Source: Candidatus Altiarchaeota archaeon (GTDB lineage: Archaea; Altiarchaeota; Altiarchaeia; IMC4; QMZM01). Taken from it: a DNA stretch of 44,427 nucleotides. Location of the stretch: the NCBI GenBank assembly GCA_038891095.1, contig JAWAEV010000007.1, forward strand, positions 1 through 44,427, in the 5' to 3' direction. The notes beneath the pieces are model-generated. The model ran no database searches. It was not told the DNA's origin and saw nothing but the letters and a program-made list of their open reading frames with translations. Below, piece after piece: positions 27,870 to 37,845 of this stretch. The position numbers were made by a program, and so were the translations under genes. The number at the start of each line of letters is the position of its first letter. Position 1 is the first letter of the stretch.

Positions 27870-28286
27870 TTAATCTAAAGAAATTTCAATTTTTACCTTA
27901 TCATTATTCTTCAGCTTTAAAGCCTTTCTAAGATTTTTTTTGCTTATGAGCTCAATTTCATTCTTATGTTGTGTTATCTCAGGGATAATTATATAGCATT
28001 TTTCACTCATTAAATCTTTTGAAATCTTTGCAGGAATTAAACTTGCTTTCCCAAAAAATTTGCCATTCTCTGAAAACGGGGCTATGGAGAAAGTAACAAA
28101 TTTTTTTAAATTTTCAGAGGAGCAAACTTTTATATTCAGTGTGCCTAAATAAGGAGTAAAATGCAGTTTATCTCGCAGTTTTTCAGAATAAATTTTTATA
28201 TAGTAAGCACCCTCACCTAAGCCACTTTTAACAAAACCCTCAATAACTATCTTATTTTTTTTATTATAATTCTTGAAATTTCTCAT
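27870..28286 (-). CDS. ribK: CTP-dependent riboflavin kinase (no N-terminal HTH)
   Basis: G.VKSGLGEGAYY, F.PYLGTLN, IIP..T.H...IELIS..NLR..L.LK.ND.V. Confidence 0.9.
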   Translation of the reverse strand: MRNFKNYNKKNKIVIEGFVKSGLGEGAYYIKIYSEKLRDKLHFTPYLGTLNIKVCSSENLKKFVTFSIAPFSENGKFFGKASLIPAKISKDLMSEKCYIIIPEITQHKNEIELISKKNLRKALKLKNNDKVKIEISLD

Positions 28287-28345
28287 AAATTTGAATGTGT
28301 TTAGTAAAGTAAAAATTAATGTCTCATTGTTGTAATATCGCTAGC

Positions 28346-29269
28346 TTATATATCTATACCCAATTCGCGAGCTAATTCTTCATATCTATTTCTAATAGTA
28401 ACTTCAGTAACCCCTGGTAGTTTTATTGAAATTCTTTTTTGCGTTTGTCTATCTTTTGTCAATTTTGCGGCTAAGTAAATTGCAGCTGCTGCAACTCCTG
28501 TTGGGCCTCTGCCTGAGATAATACCTTTTTTTATTGCTTTTTCAAGGATTTCAATTGCTTTTGCTTCAGTCTCACCTGAAATTCCAAGTTTTGATGCAAA
28601 TTTTGGGACATAGTCAATTGGGCTCAAAGTTGGCATCTTAACTTTCAAATTCTTGCATATAAAGCGATAACTTCTGCCAATTTCTTTTCTTTCTACTCCG
28701 GAAACTTCTGCAAGTTCATCTAATGTGCTTGGAATTTGATGCTTTCTTGTGATAAGATATATAATTGCAGCAATTACACTTTCAATTGACCTTCCACGCA
28801 CAAGATTACTGTTTAGTGTTCTTCTATACCAGACAGCACATTCTTCTTTCAAGTTTGTAGGTATTCCAAGATGTGAGCACATCCTATCTAACTCTGGTAA
28901 GGCAATTGATAAATTTCTCTGGATTGAATCTGACATTCTTGATCGGCGTTGCCATTTTCTAAGTCTATATAGCTGAGCTTTTCTTTCTGGTTGTATTTTG
29001 CCTCCACGGATGTCTCTATCATATTTATCAATTTCAGTTGTTAGGCCAATGCTCTGTTTTGCATATTTGATTGGCGAACCAACTCTTGCTCTTTTACTTA
29101 TCTGATCTTCATCAAATGCTTGCCACTCTGGGCCATAATCAAAAATTTCATCACTAATCACACAGCCACAATCTCTGCAGATAAGTTCACCATGCTTGTA
29201 ATCTGTCACTAAATTTAGACTTTTACATTTTGGGCATTCATCACTTTGCTCCTTTTGTGGAACAGTCAT
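28346..29269 (-). CDS. tfb: Transcription initiation factor B
   Basis: Zn ribbon CPKC...GELIC..CG, GPEW.AF, RLRKWQ.R, RGRSIE, SGRGP.GVAAA, VTEVTIRNRY. Confidence 0.97.
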   Translation of the reverse strand: MTVPQKEQSDECPKCKSLNLVTDYKHGELICRDCGCVISDEIFDYGPEWQAFDEDQISKRARVGSPIKYAKQSIGLTTEIDKYDRDIRGGKIQPERKAQLYRLRKWQRRSRMSDSIQRNLSIALPELDRMCSHLGIPTNLKEECAVWYRRTLNSNLVRGRSIESVIAAIIYLITRKHQIPSTLDELAEVSGVERKEIGRSYRFICKNLKVKMPTLSPIDYVPKFASKLGISGETEAKAIEILEKAIKKGIISGRGPTGVAAAAIYLAAKLTKDRQTQKRISIKLPGVTEVTIRNRYEELARELGIDI

Positions 29270-29531
29270 TTTGTTATTCTATCTTATCTTTTAATTTCAG
29301 ATTCATCTTTTTATCAATTTTCTCTACAAAATCCAATCATTTAGACAATAAAAAGAGGAGATTAAGAAAATTTTTATCGCAAGTTGCAAAATTTACCTTA
29401 CCAAAAGACAGAGCCATTTTATTAAAATAAATGTCGCTATAATAAATATATACAACATTATATATAATTAAATTAACACTATAAAAATTAATACTATAAG
29501 GATAAGAAATGGATAAGAAATAGAATTCAAA

Positions 29532-30584
29532 ATGAAAATAAAAATTGAAGATTTGAAATTATTAGAAAATCTGTGTAGAGTTGATGGAATTTCTGGATTT
29601 GAAGACAATGTTAGAGAAGTAATGGTCTCTGAATTGAAAAAAAGTTGTGAAACTGTTGAAGTTGATTCATTTGGCAATGTTACTGGTAAGAAAGGAAAAG
29701 GTAAATTAAAAATAATGCTTGCTGCTCATATGGATGAAATTGGCTTGATGGTAAAGCATATAAATAAAGAAGGTTATCTAAGCTTTGTGAAAATTGGGGG
29801 CATAGATGATAGAATTCTTCTTGGCAAGGAAGTAATAATTAAATCTAGAAGTGGAGATGTTTATGGTGTTATTGGTGCAAAGCCCCCACATTTGCAGGAG
29901 AAAGAGGAAATGGAAAAAATTGTAAAAAGCGAGGAAATGTTTATTGATATTGGCGCAAAAAATGAAAAAGAGGCAAAGAAAAGGGTTTCTGTTGGTGATC
30001 CGATAGTTTTTTCAGCATTATTTGGTAGAATGTCTGATGAACTATTCTATGGAAAAGCAATTGATGATCGACTAGGCTGTTATGTCCTTTTGAAAGTCAT
30101 GGAAAAAATTCCAAAGAATATAGAAGCAGAAGTATATGCTGTTGGCACAACTCAAGAGGAAGTTGGGTTAAAGGGAGCAAGAGTATCTGCATTTAAAATA
30201 AATCCTAACTATGCTTTTGCAATTGATACAACTCTCGCGGGTGATACTCCACAAATAAAAGAAACTGAATCAAGCTTGAAGTTAGGAAAGGGACCTTCAA
30301 TTACAATAACAGAATCATGTGGTAGAGGTGTGATAACTCACCCAAAATTAAGAGCTTTACTGGAGAGAATAGCAAAGAAATATAGAATCCCATATCAGGA
30401 AGATCTCTTAGAAGGCGGAATGACAGATGGTGCTATAATCTACTTAACAAGAGAGGGTATCCCAACAGGAGTTGTTTCAATCCCATGTAGGTATATACAT
30501 AGTTCCACTGGGGTATTCAACATTAAAGATGTAAATAATGCAATAGAGCTTCTAACCAAAACAATTTTGGAATTTAAAATTTGA
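29532..30584 (+). CDS. M42 family aminopeptidase (TET/FrvX-like)
   Basis: AAHMDEIG, GGID, KAIDDR, QEEVGLKGA, GGMTDG, PCRYIHS. Confidence 0.94.
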   Translation: MKIKIEDLKLLENLCRVDGISGFEDNVREVMVSELKKSCETVEVDSFGNVTGKKGKGKLKIMLAAHMDEIGLMVKHINKEGYLSFVKIGGIDDRILLGKEVIIKSRSGDVYGVIGAKPPHLQEKEEMEKIVKSEEMFIDIGAKNEKEAKKRVSVGDPIVFSALFGRMSDELFYGKAIDDRLGCYVLLKVMEKIPKNIEAEVYAVGTTQEEVGLKGARVSAFKINPNYAFAIDTTLAGDTPQIKETESSLKLGKGPSITITESCGRGVITHPKLRALLERIAKKYRIPYQEDLLEGGMTDGAIIYLTREGIPTGVVSIPCRYIHSSTGVFNIKDVNNAIELLTKTILEFKI

Positions 30585-30590
30585 AGAGCA

Positions 30591-31034
30591 ATGCAAAAAT
30601 TTAATAGAGCACTCTCACTTATTTTTGGAATTTTTTTTAGTTCACTTTTGTATGTTATCCTAAGTTTTATACCGATTTTTGGGCCTCTTATAGTTGGAAT
30701 TATTTCAGGAAAATTCTCTAATGGTGATATAAAGCATGGTTTTTTAGCAGGACTTTTTTCAGGAATTTTTGGATCTGCATTGTTATCCTTCCTCTTATAT
30801 AGTGAAATTCATTCATGGAATTTTTTTGCAAAAATTATCTTTACAGGAATTTTTATTTTTTGGAATTTTTTTTCAATTCTCCTGACAATGATTGGTGGTG
30901 TTCTTGGAGCAATTATATTCAGAGTTAATAAAACAGAGGAAAAAGAAAGGAAAGTATTTTTGCTATGCAATAAATGCAAAACTGCAAATTTGAAGGGAGA
31001 AAAATATTGTTTTAAATGTGGCGAAAAACTATAA
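30591..31034 (+). CDS. DUF5518-like membrane protein with C-terminal zinc ribbon
   Basis: Gly-rich TM helices (IPIFGPLIVG, GFLAGLFSGIFG); C-terminal CNKC...CFKCG. Confidence 0.7.
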   Translation: MQKFNRALSLIFGIFFSSLLYVILSFIPIFGPLIVGIISGKFSNGDIKHGFLAGLFSGIFGSALLSFLLYSEIHSWNFFAKIIFTGIFIFWNFFSILLTMIGGVLGAIIFRVNKTEEKERKVFLLCNKCKTANLKGEKYCFKCGEKL

Positions 31035-31058
31035 TGGTAACTTATATCCATTAATTCT

Positions 31059-31072
31059 AAAAGATTATATAA
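31059..31072 (+). promoter_or_regulatory. Putative BRE-TATA promoter for tRNA-Leu (and possibly ribC-ribH)
   Basis: AAAAGA-TTATATAA about 65 nt upstream of the tRNA 5' end. The AT-rich background limits certainty. Confidence 0.45.
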
Positions 31073-31137
31073 AGTTCAAATTACAAAATTTATTTATTGT
31101 GCACAAAATGCACAAAAAATAAAATAATGCCTAGGAT

Positions 31138-31741
<604 letters not shown>

Positions 31742-31862
31742 CTTGGTAATATTCTTATAATGCTATAATATTATGGACGCATCTACATTTATGAAATGGG
31801 TCTCAGAGACAAATGAAAAAATTTCTTCAATTAAAAATAAAGAAAATGAGGGTGATAAGAAA

Positions 31863-32363
31863 ATGAATCAGATGGAAGTAAAAATTGGAATTGTTGTTTC
31901 TGAATTTAACTATGAAATTACATATGCAATGTTAGAATTAGCAAAAGAACATGCAAAATTTCTTGGAGCAGAAGTTGTTAAAATTTTAAAAGTTCCTGGA
32001 GTTTTTGACATACCATTAGCTCTGAAAAAAATTTTAGAAGACAGCAACATAGATGCTGCTGTTGCTTTAGGCGCTGTAATTGAAGGCCAGACACAGCATG
32101 ATGAACTTATTGCTCAGCAAGCTTCAAGAAAAATTATTGACTTAAGCATAGAGTATGGTAAACCTGTTGGCTTAGGAATTTCAGGTCCAGGTATGTCTCA
32201 TTTAGAAGCGCATGAGAGAGTTGAATATGCTAAGAATGCTGTTGAAGCAGCAGTAAAAATGGTAAAAAGACTTAGAGAATTTTCTGAAGGTGCAAACTCA
32301 AGCGCATTGCACTACTCACCAGAAGAAGAAAGTGCTTTTGCTGGGCTTAGAATGATGGGTTAA
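31863..32363 (+). CDS. ribH: 6,7-dimethyl-8-ribityllumazine synthase
   Basis: GIVVSEFNYEIT, VPGVFDIP, LGAVIEG.T.HDE, KPV.LGISGPG. Start moved to ATG 31863, after GAGGGTGA. Confidence 0.94.
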   Translation: MNQMEVKIGIVVSEFNYEITYAMLELAKEHAKFLGAEVVKILKVPGVFDIPLALKKILEDSNIDAAVALGAVIEGQTQHDELIAQQASRKIIDLSIEYGKPVGLGISGPGMSHLEAHERVEYAKNAVEAAVKMVKRLREFSEGANSSALHYSPEEESAFAGLRMMG

Positions 32364-32400
32364 AGTAAATTTAGATGATGTTCTGTAACTATAAAAAAAA

Positions 32401-32739
32401 TTATAGCAATTTTAACTTACCTGTAATTTTGTCTATTTTCTGCTCTTCTTCAGGCCCTATTGCAATACAAGTTTTTGTGCCCTTTGGCAACTCAGTAAGA
32501 CCTGCATCTTCGATCATCACAACAGGTAAATTTTCTTTTTTTGCAATTTCATAAATTCTTTCAAGTTCTGATAAATTTTCAACTTTTAGAACAGCTTTTT
32601 TTTGGCCTTCATTGAGCCATAAATTTTTGAATTTACTCTTCTCTGCAGCTGACACTGATGCATGTGCTACTTGAACAGCCAATTTTCCTTTACTGAGCTT
32701 TAAATCTTTTCTAACAAGAATAACCTGTTTGAATTTCAT
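32401..32739 (-). CDS. pth2: Peptidyl-tRNA hydrolase Pth2
   Basis: KQVILVRKDLKLSKGKLAVQVAHA, GQKK.VL, DAGLTE, IGP, IDKITG.LKLL. Confidence 0.96.
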   Translation of the reverse strand: MKFKQVILVRKDLKLSKGKLAVQVAHASVSAAEKSKFKNLWLNEGQKKAVLKVENLSELERIYEIAKKENLPVVMIEDAGLTELPKGTKTCIAIGPEEEQKIDKITGKLKLL

Positions 32740-34055
32740 TTTTTCATAAATTTAACTTCTTTTCCAGAGTTTTTAAGAGTCTCCCCATTATCAAAAACAA
32801 GATTGCCCCTAATAAAAGTTTTTATCACCATGCCTTTAACAGTAAGACCTTCAAATGGACTCCACTTACATTTTGTGAAAAGTTTCTCAGCATTTATTTT
32901 CCTCTTAATTTTCATATCAACTATCAATAAATCAGCATCATATCCCTCTTGGATTTTACCTTTTCCTCTAATTGAAAAAACTTTTGCTGGGTTCTCAGCT
33001 ATAAGTTTTACTAATTTTTGCAAGGATAAATTACCTTTTGAAACTTCATTTAAGAGCAAAGGCAACATTGTCTCAACTCCAGGAACACCGGCAGGTGCAT
33101 CCCATATGCCCTTAGACTTCTCTTCTTTTAGGTGTGGTGCATGATCCGTTGCAATAATCTTGATCAAATTTTTGTTTATAGCATCCCATAATTCTTCTCT
33201 ATCCTTCTCACTTCTCAGTGGAGGATTCATCTTTGCAAATGTCCCCAGCTTTTTAAGATCCTTCCTCGTGAGAAACAGATGATGTGGAGTTGCTTCAGCA
33301 CTAAGCCAAAAGAATGGATGTCTTCTAAGAAGGTCAATTTCCTCAGAAGTTGAAACATGGCAAAAATGGACTTTTGTTTTTGAAAATTTTGAGAAATAAA
33401 TTATTTTATTCATCGCTGAAGAAGCACAGATATTAGGCCTTGAATCTGCATATGCAATAGCATCATCTTTTTGAAATTTTAAAATTTTTTCTTTATAGTA
33501 TTGTAGCATTTGCTCATCTTCACAATGAATTGTTGCAGGAATTTTTTTCTTTGCTAAAATTTTAAAATACTCAAAAATTTCTGCTTCTCTAATTAACAAA
33601 TCATTTGTTGTCGTTCCCATATAAAATTTTACAGATGCTACATTTTTAACTTTTTTTATGCTTTCTAAATTTTCAGAAGTTGCTGCAAAATGAAATCCGA
33701 AATCAACAATTGATCTCTTAGCCGCAAGTTTTCTCTTTTTTTCTAAATTTTTTATATTTGTTATAGGCGGTTTATTATTCGGCATGTCAAGAACTGTTGT
33801 TACTCCACCAGCTGCAGCTGCTTTTGAGCCAGTAAACCAATCTTCCTTATGTTTTTCTTCAAAATCTCTAAAATGCACATGCACATCTATCGCTCCTGGA
33901 AGTAAAAAATTTTCTTTAGCATCTATAACCTTTGCAGAATTATCTGAAAAATTTCTTGCAATCCTTGAAATTTTACCATTTTTCACTGCTATAGCGCCTT
34001 TAAAGATATTCCCAAACAATAAAATCCTTGCGTTCTTTATTATAAGGTCATACAT
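32736..34055 (-). CDS. pyrC: Dihydroorotase
   Basis: PGAIDVHVHFR, AAAAGGVTT..DMPN, EATPHHL, KMNPPLR, ATDHAPH; downstream of pyrK. Start moved to ATG 34055. Confidence 0.9.
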   Translation of the reverse strand: MYDLIIKNARILLFGNIFKGAIAVKNGKISRIARNFSDNSAKVIDAKENFLLPGAIDVHVHFRDFEEKHKEDWFTGSKAAAAGGVTTVLDMPNNKPPITNIKNLEKKRKLAAKRSIVDFGFHFAATSENLESIKKVKNVASVKFYMGTTTNDLLIREAEIFEYFKILAKKKIPATIHCEDEQMLQYYKEKILKFQKDDAIAYADSRPNICASSAMNKIIYFSKFSKTKVHFCHVSTSEEIDLLRRHPFFWLSAEATPHHLFLTRKDLKKLGTFAKMNPPLRSEKDREELWDAINKNLIKIIATDHAPHLKEEKSKGIWDAPAGVPGVETMLPLLLNEVSKGNLSLQKLVKLIAENPAKVFSIRGKGKIQEGYDADLLIVDMKIKRKINAEKLFTKCKWSPFEGLTVKGMVIKTFIRGNLVFDNGETLKNSGKEVKFMKK

Positions 34056-34824
34056 TTTCTTTAGCTCCAAATGAATTTCTTTTGTATTTCCCGAATTCAG
34101 TATTTTTTAATTGTTCTGCTGTAAATATTGGGCCGTCTTTACAAACTCTTAAGCCAATTGGATCAATACAACAACTACCGCATATTCCAACGCCACATTT
34201 CATATACCTTTCTAATGAGAGCTGACATGAAATCCCTTTTTTTAGTGCTATATCCATCACTTTTTTCATCATCTTTTCTGGACCACAAGTATAAATTTGA
34301 TCTATTCCTTTGCTTTCTATTACTTCTTCTAAGCAATCTGTGCATAAACCTTCCCTACCAAGAGAGCCATCTTCTGTTGTTATCAAGTGACTATATTTTT
34401 TTATTTTATCAACGCAAAGTATGTCTTTCTTACTTTTTGCTCCAAATAAAATAAAAACTGCTTTCTTTTTTCTTTTTAATTCTTGCATGAGTGGCAATAA
34501 CGGAGCAATTCCAACTCCTCCAGCAACTATGCAGATATTTTTTCCAGAAATTTTAAAACCATTTCCATAAGGCCCGCGAATTCCTAAGAGTTCTCCTTTT
34601 TTTATTGAACAAAATTTTCTTGTAAATTCCCCAACTTCCTTTACAATAAATTCAACATTTTCTGAAGTATTTGAGAAACTAAATGGTTTTTCTCCAAAGT
34701 CAGGAATCCACACCATTGCAAATTGTCCGGCCTTTATTTTAATCTTCTTATCAAGAACAAATGACTTAACTTTATAGCCTTCATTTCTGACCTTTAAAAT
34801 TTTCACAACCTCAGGAGCATTCAT
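34048..34824 (-). CDS. pyrK: Dihydroorotate dehydrogenase electron transfer subunit
   Basis: GQFAMVW, EKPFS, RGPYGNGF, AGGVGIAP, CGPEKM, SLERYMKCGVGICGSC, VC.DGP. Confidence 0.94.
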   Translation of the reverse strand: MNAPEVVKILKVRNEGYKVKSFVLDKKIKIKAGQFAMVWIPDFGEKPFSFSNTSENVEFIVKEVGEFTRKFCSIKKGELLGIRGPYGNGFKISGKNICIVAGGVGIAPLLPLMQELKRKKKAVFILFGAKSKKDILCVDKIKKYSHLITTEDGSLGREGLCTDCLEEVIESKGIDQIYTCGPEKMMKKVMDIALKKGISCQLSLERYMKCGVGICGSCCIDPIGLRVCKDGPIFTAEQLKNTEFGKYKRNSFGAKENV

Positions 34825-34913
34825 TTTTGTAATCTTCTCCCTAAAATATATCTTTTTTTATATTAAATAGACATAGAAATATTTTTATACTAAAAAATCT
34901 ATTGATAAATACA

Positions 34914-35747
34914 ATGGAACATAAAAACAATGGAAATTTCAAATTTAGGGGTAACTTAATTTTGATGGTTTTGATAATGTGCGTATTTTTAGTTGGAATT
35001 TCAACTTCTGTTTTAGCGCAAGAGGAGACAACCACAACCACAGAAACAACCACAACAACCACAACAGTAGAGACAACTACAACCACAGAAACAACCACAA
35101 CAACAACAGAAACAACCACAACAACATTAGCAAGAAGAAGATATTTTTCGCTTTCCTTTAGTCCCGAGCGACCAACTCTTGGCGAGTGTATTGTGATTAC
35201 TGTGAGAGATAAAACAACAAATGATGTTCTTAAAGATGTTGATGTTGATATATACTTTAACAAAGAAAAGGTCTTCTATGGTCTCACAGACAGAGAAGGT
35301 ACATTCGGGTTTTGTCCTACAAAGCCAGGAACTTATGAGATAGAACTTGATAAAACAAGATATCAGCAATACACTTATAAACTATCTGTTAGTTCAAAGG
35401 AGGAAGTAACAACAACAATAGAGGAGACAACATTCAAAACTACAACAACTGCTTTTGAGAGAACAACACCAATTGAAGAGACAACTAAAACAACTCTAAG
35501 AAAAATTACAACAACTACCTTTATTGAGGAAACCCCAACTACGCAGATAGTTGAAACAACAGAAGCTATGCCAACAACGACATTACCTCAGAAAAAACCA
35601 GAAGCAGAAATTAACACATGGATGATCGCCATACTAGTGATTTTAATAATTGCAATCGTTTTATATATGGTAATAATAAAGAAAAGAGTAGCAACCAAGG
35701 ACAAAGAATCAGAAGCTGAAGAAGAGAAAAAAGTTAAGAAGAAGTGA
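34914..35747 (+). CDS. Thr-rich cell-surface protein with central Ig-like domain and C-terminal TM anchor
   Basis: Signal peptide ending VLA-QE, two Thr-rich linkers, GLTDREG.F.F.P.KPGTY beta-sandwich pattern, TM plus basic tail. Confidence 0.8.
   Translation: MEHKNNGNFKFRGNLILMVLIMCVFLVGISTSVLAQEETTTTTETTTTTTTVETTTTTETTTTTTETTTTTLARRRYFSLSFSPERPTLGECIVITVRDKTTNDVLKDVDVDIYFNKEKVFYGLTDREGTFGFCPTKPGTYEIELDKTRYQQYTYKLSVSSKEEVTTTIEETTFKTTTTAFERTTPIEETTKTTLRKITTTTFIEETPTTQIVETTEAMPTTTLPQKKPEAEINTWMIAILVILIIAIVLYMVIIKKRVATKDKESEAEEEKKVKKK
35025..35126 (+). repeat. Coding low-complexity repeat (E-T4-7 units)
   Basis: ACA/ACC runs; ACAGAAACAACCACAACAAC occurs three times. Confidence 0.85.
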
Positions 35748-36110
35748 TTGCCATAATTTTTTAAAATTTTTTGAGTAGAAGAGATGACTTTTGCATCTAC
35801 AGTCAGAGCAACCAAAATTTTTTACTGAAGGAAATTTTTCAGCGAGATTTTCAGCTATTTTACACTCTTCTTTTTCATTAGAAATTTTAAGGTAAATTCT
35901 AAGAACTTTTGCTTTTTTTAAAAAATAGTCAATATGCCAATGCAGCTTCTTATCTCTCCTTAGGTGTCTTAGCGCTCTCATATGCAAATTTCCCATTCCA
36001 GAGCCTACATATGCGTAGAATCCCTTCCTGAAATTTACTCTACCAAGAGAACCGATTTTTAAATTTTCGTCTTTTTTGAGTTTAGCTATGACAATGTAAG
36101 CACCTTTCAC
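35709..36110 (-). CDS. GIY-YIG / DUF123 family nuclease-like protein
   Basis: MKGAY, IGSLG, G.YAYVGS, R..RH, HWHIDYFL, EC, FGCSDC.C.SHLFY. Confidence 0.88.
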   Translation of the reverse strand: MKGAYIVIAKLKKDENLKIGSLGRVNFRKGFYAYVGSGMGNLHMRALRHLRRDKKLHWHIDYFLKKAKVLRIYLKISNEKEECKIAENLAEKFPSVKNFGCSDCRCKSHLFYSKNFKKLWQSLLLNFFLFFSF

Positions 36111-36718
36111 TTTTCCTCATTCAATTTAACGCCAAATTCGCCAAGAGAAAAATGAATTAATGTAGTTAGCATCGTTTTTCTTCCAAGAATAGAAGTTATG
36201 TGATATAATTTTCCATTTCTGAAGAAATGTTTTGAATGAAATGTAAAATTTAAAAGTGGAGCAATTGAAGATGGCACTTTGCTTATAAAAATCGCTCCTT
36301 CTGGTGTGTTCTCCCCAAAAAATAAATTTATGCCTCTTTCAGGATATGAAATTTTCGTCATTATTAAAATTATCAATTCCTTATTTTCATTTTCAAACTC
36401 TCTAAGTTTTTCTTCACTTAATGAAAAACAGCAATCTTCTGGTTCAAACTTATATTTCACCCCTTCAATAATATCGAGCAATTGAAAAGTAATCTCTGCA
36501 ATTTCTCTATTTTTCTCAAAATTTATTTTTTTGGTTAATCTCTCCCTAAATTCTTTTGCTTCCACAACTGTTCTTACCTCTTCTCCAGAAAAAAATTTTA
36601 TTAAAGGTAAAGGAGATGGTTTCAACTCAATAGTTTTAGCCTCTTCAGCTAAACGAATTTTTGTTTTAGTAAGAGAAAAAAGTTTTTTTAAACCTTTGCG
36701 AATTAGCATCTGTGACAT
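36107..36718 (-). CDS. Hypothetical protein (203 aa)
   Basis: Long ORF with ordinary composition and a 4-nt overlap with the downstream gene; no family recognised. Confidence 0.75.
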   Translation of the reverse strand: MSQMLIRKGLKKLFSLTKTKIRLAEEAKTIELKPSPLPLIKFFSGEEVRTVVEAKEFRERLTKKINFEKNREIAEITFQLLDIIEGVKYKFEPEDCCFSLSEEKLREFENENKELIILIMTKISYPERGINLFFGENTPEGAIFISKVPSSIAPLLNFTFHSKHFFRNGKLYHITSILGRKTMLTTLIHFSLGEFGVKLNEEK

Positions 36719-36803
36719 TCTGATATCTGATATATTACAATTAAATTTAATTTATTAGATGATGATATAAAAACCTTAGGAGAATTTAAATAAGAAATAA
36801 AGT

Positions 36804-37841
36804 ATGGAAAAATTTGGTTATATAAAAGGCATAAGAACCGAGAGAAGCATAAACAAAAAAATTATTGATGAATTATATAGCGAAGGCCATTTATATGCAA
36901 AATATGGCCTATATGCTCGCAAGACTCATGGATGCAAGGTTTTTAAAGTCCCTATGAATGCTTTTTTTTCATGTCCAAATAAAGATGGGCGGCTAAGCAA
37001 AGATGGGTGTGTTTTTTGTCCAAATTTTGCAAAGCAATTTACATATGAATCTTTTAGAGAAGTAATCTCTGCAGATTTAAAAGTCCAGTTGGAACATCAA
37101 GTTTCTCATTATAAAAAAGTTGGTGCAGGTGATAAAGGTTTTGTTTATATCGCATTTGGCACAAATACTTACAATAATTTGAGAAATCTAAAAAAAATTT
37201 ATGATGTTGCAACCTCACATGAGGATATTATAGGCTTGATGATAGGTACTAGACCAGATTGCTTACCGGATGAAGTTCTTGACTTACTTGCGGGATATGT
37301 AAATGAGGGCTATGAAATTTGGCTTGAGATAGGGCAGCAATCAATGCACTACCACACAATGGAGGAAATGAACAGACAACATGGAATTTCAGAGATTTTA
37401 AGAGTTGTAAGGGAAGCACATAAAAGAGGAATACTCTGCTTAATGTTTGTTATTCTTGGTTTTTATGAAACTCCGCAGGAAATGATAGAAACAGCGAGAT
37501 TGATCTCTGAATTGGGCATAGATGCAGTAAAAATTTATCCACTTTTAGTTATGAAAAATACAAAACTTTCAAATGAATACAAAAAGGGAAATTACCGACC
37601 GTTAGGTAGTTTGGAATATTCAACTCTAGTTGCAAATTTTCTTGAGAATTTAAGTCCATATGTCCTTGTGCAAAGACTTTCTAAGGATTGTGGTTTAGAT
37701 GGAAAAGTAGCTCCCTTGTGGGATTCTCACAGATGGATTATTGCTCCAAGAGTAGAGAAAATTTTAATGTTAAGACATAGCAAACAAGGAGCAAAATACA
37801 AAACAGGATTGTCAATTAATGAGTTAGAGCCTTTATATTAA
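36804..37841 (+). CDS. Radical SAM protein, YhcC/TIGR01212 family
   Basis: FSCPNKDGRLSKDGCVFC (extended Cys motif), TNTY, IGTRPDCLPDEV, E.G.QS, VKIYPL. Confidence 0.88.
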   Translation: MEKFGYIKGIRTERSINKKIIDELYSEGHLYAKYGLYARKTHGCKVFKVPMNAFFSCPNKDGRLSKDGCVFCPNFAKQFTYESFREVISADLKVQLEHQVSHYKKVGAGDKGFVYIAFGTNTYNNLRNLKKIYDVATSHEDIIGLMIGTRPDCLPDEVLDLLAGYVNEGYEIWLEIGQQSMHYHTMEEMNRQHGISEILRVVREAHKRGILCLMFVILGFYETPQEMIETARLISELGIDAVKIYPLLVMKNTKLSNEYKKGNYRPLGSLEYSTLVANFLENLSPYVLVQRLSKDCGLDGKVAPLWDSHRWIIAPRVEKILMLRHSKQGAKYKTGLSINELEPLY

Positions 37842-37845
37842 ATTA

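Noticed and set aside
29270-29531. Short ORFs or an ncRNA upstream of tfb (including track ORFs 29230-29430 and 29468-29677)
   Set aside because: No convincing coding signal or GC-rich structure; consistent with a divergent promoter/UTR region.
34841-35263. Poly-Val antisense ORF and the Asn/His-rich alternate-frame ORF 34979-35161
   Set aside because: By-products of the Thr-codon repeat.
35709-35747. 39-nt convergent overlap between the surface-protein and GIY-YIG genes
   Set aside because: Involves only low-complexity tails; ordinary in compact genomes.
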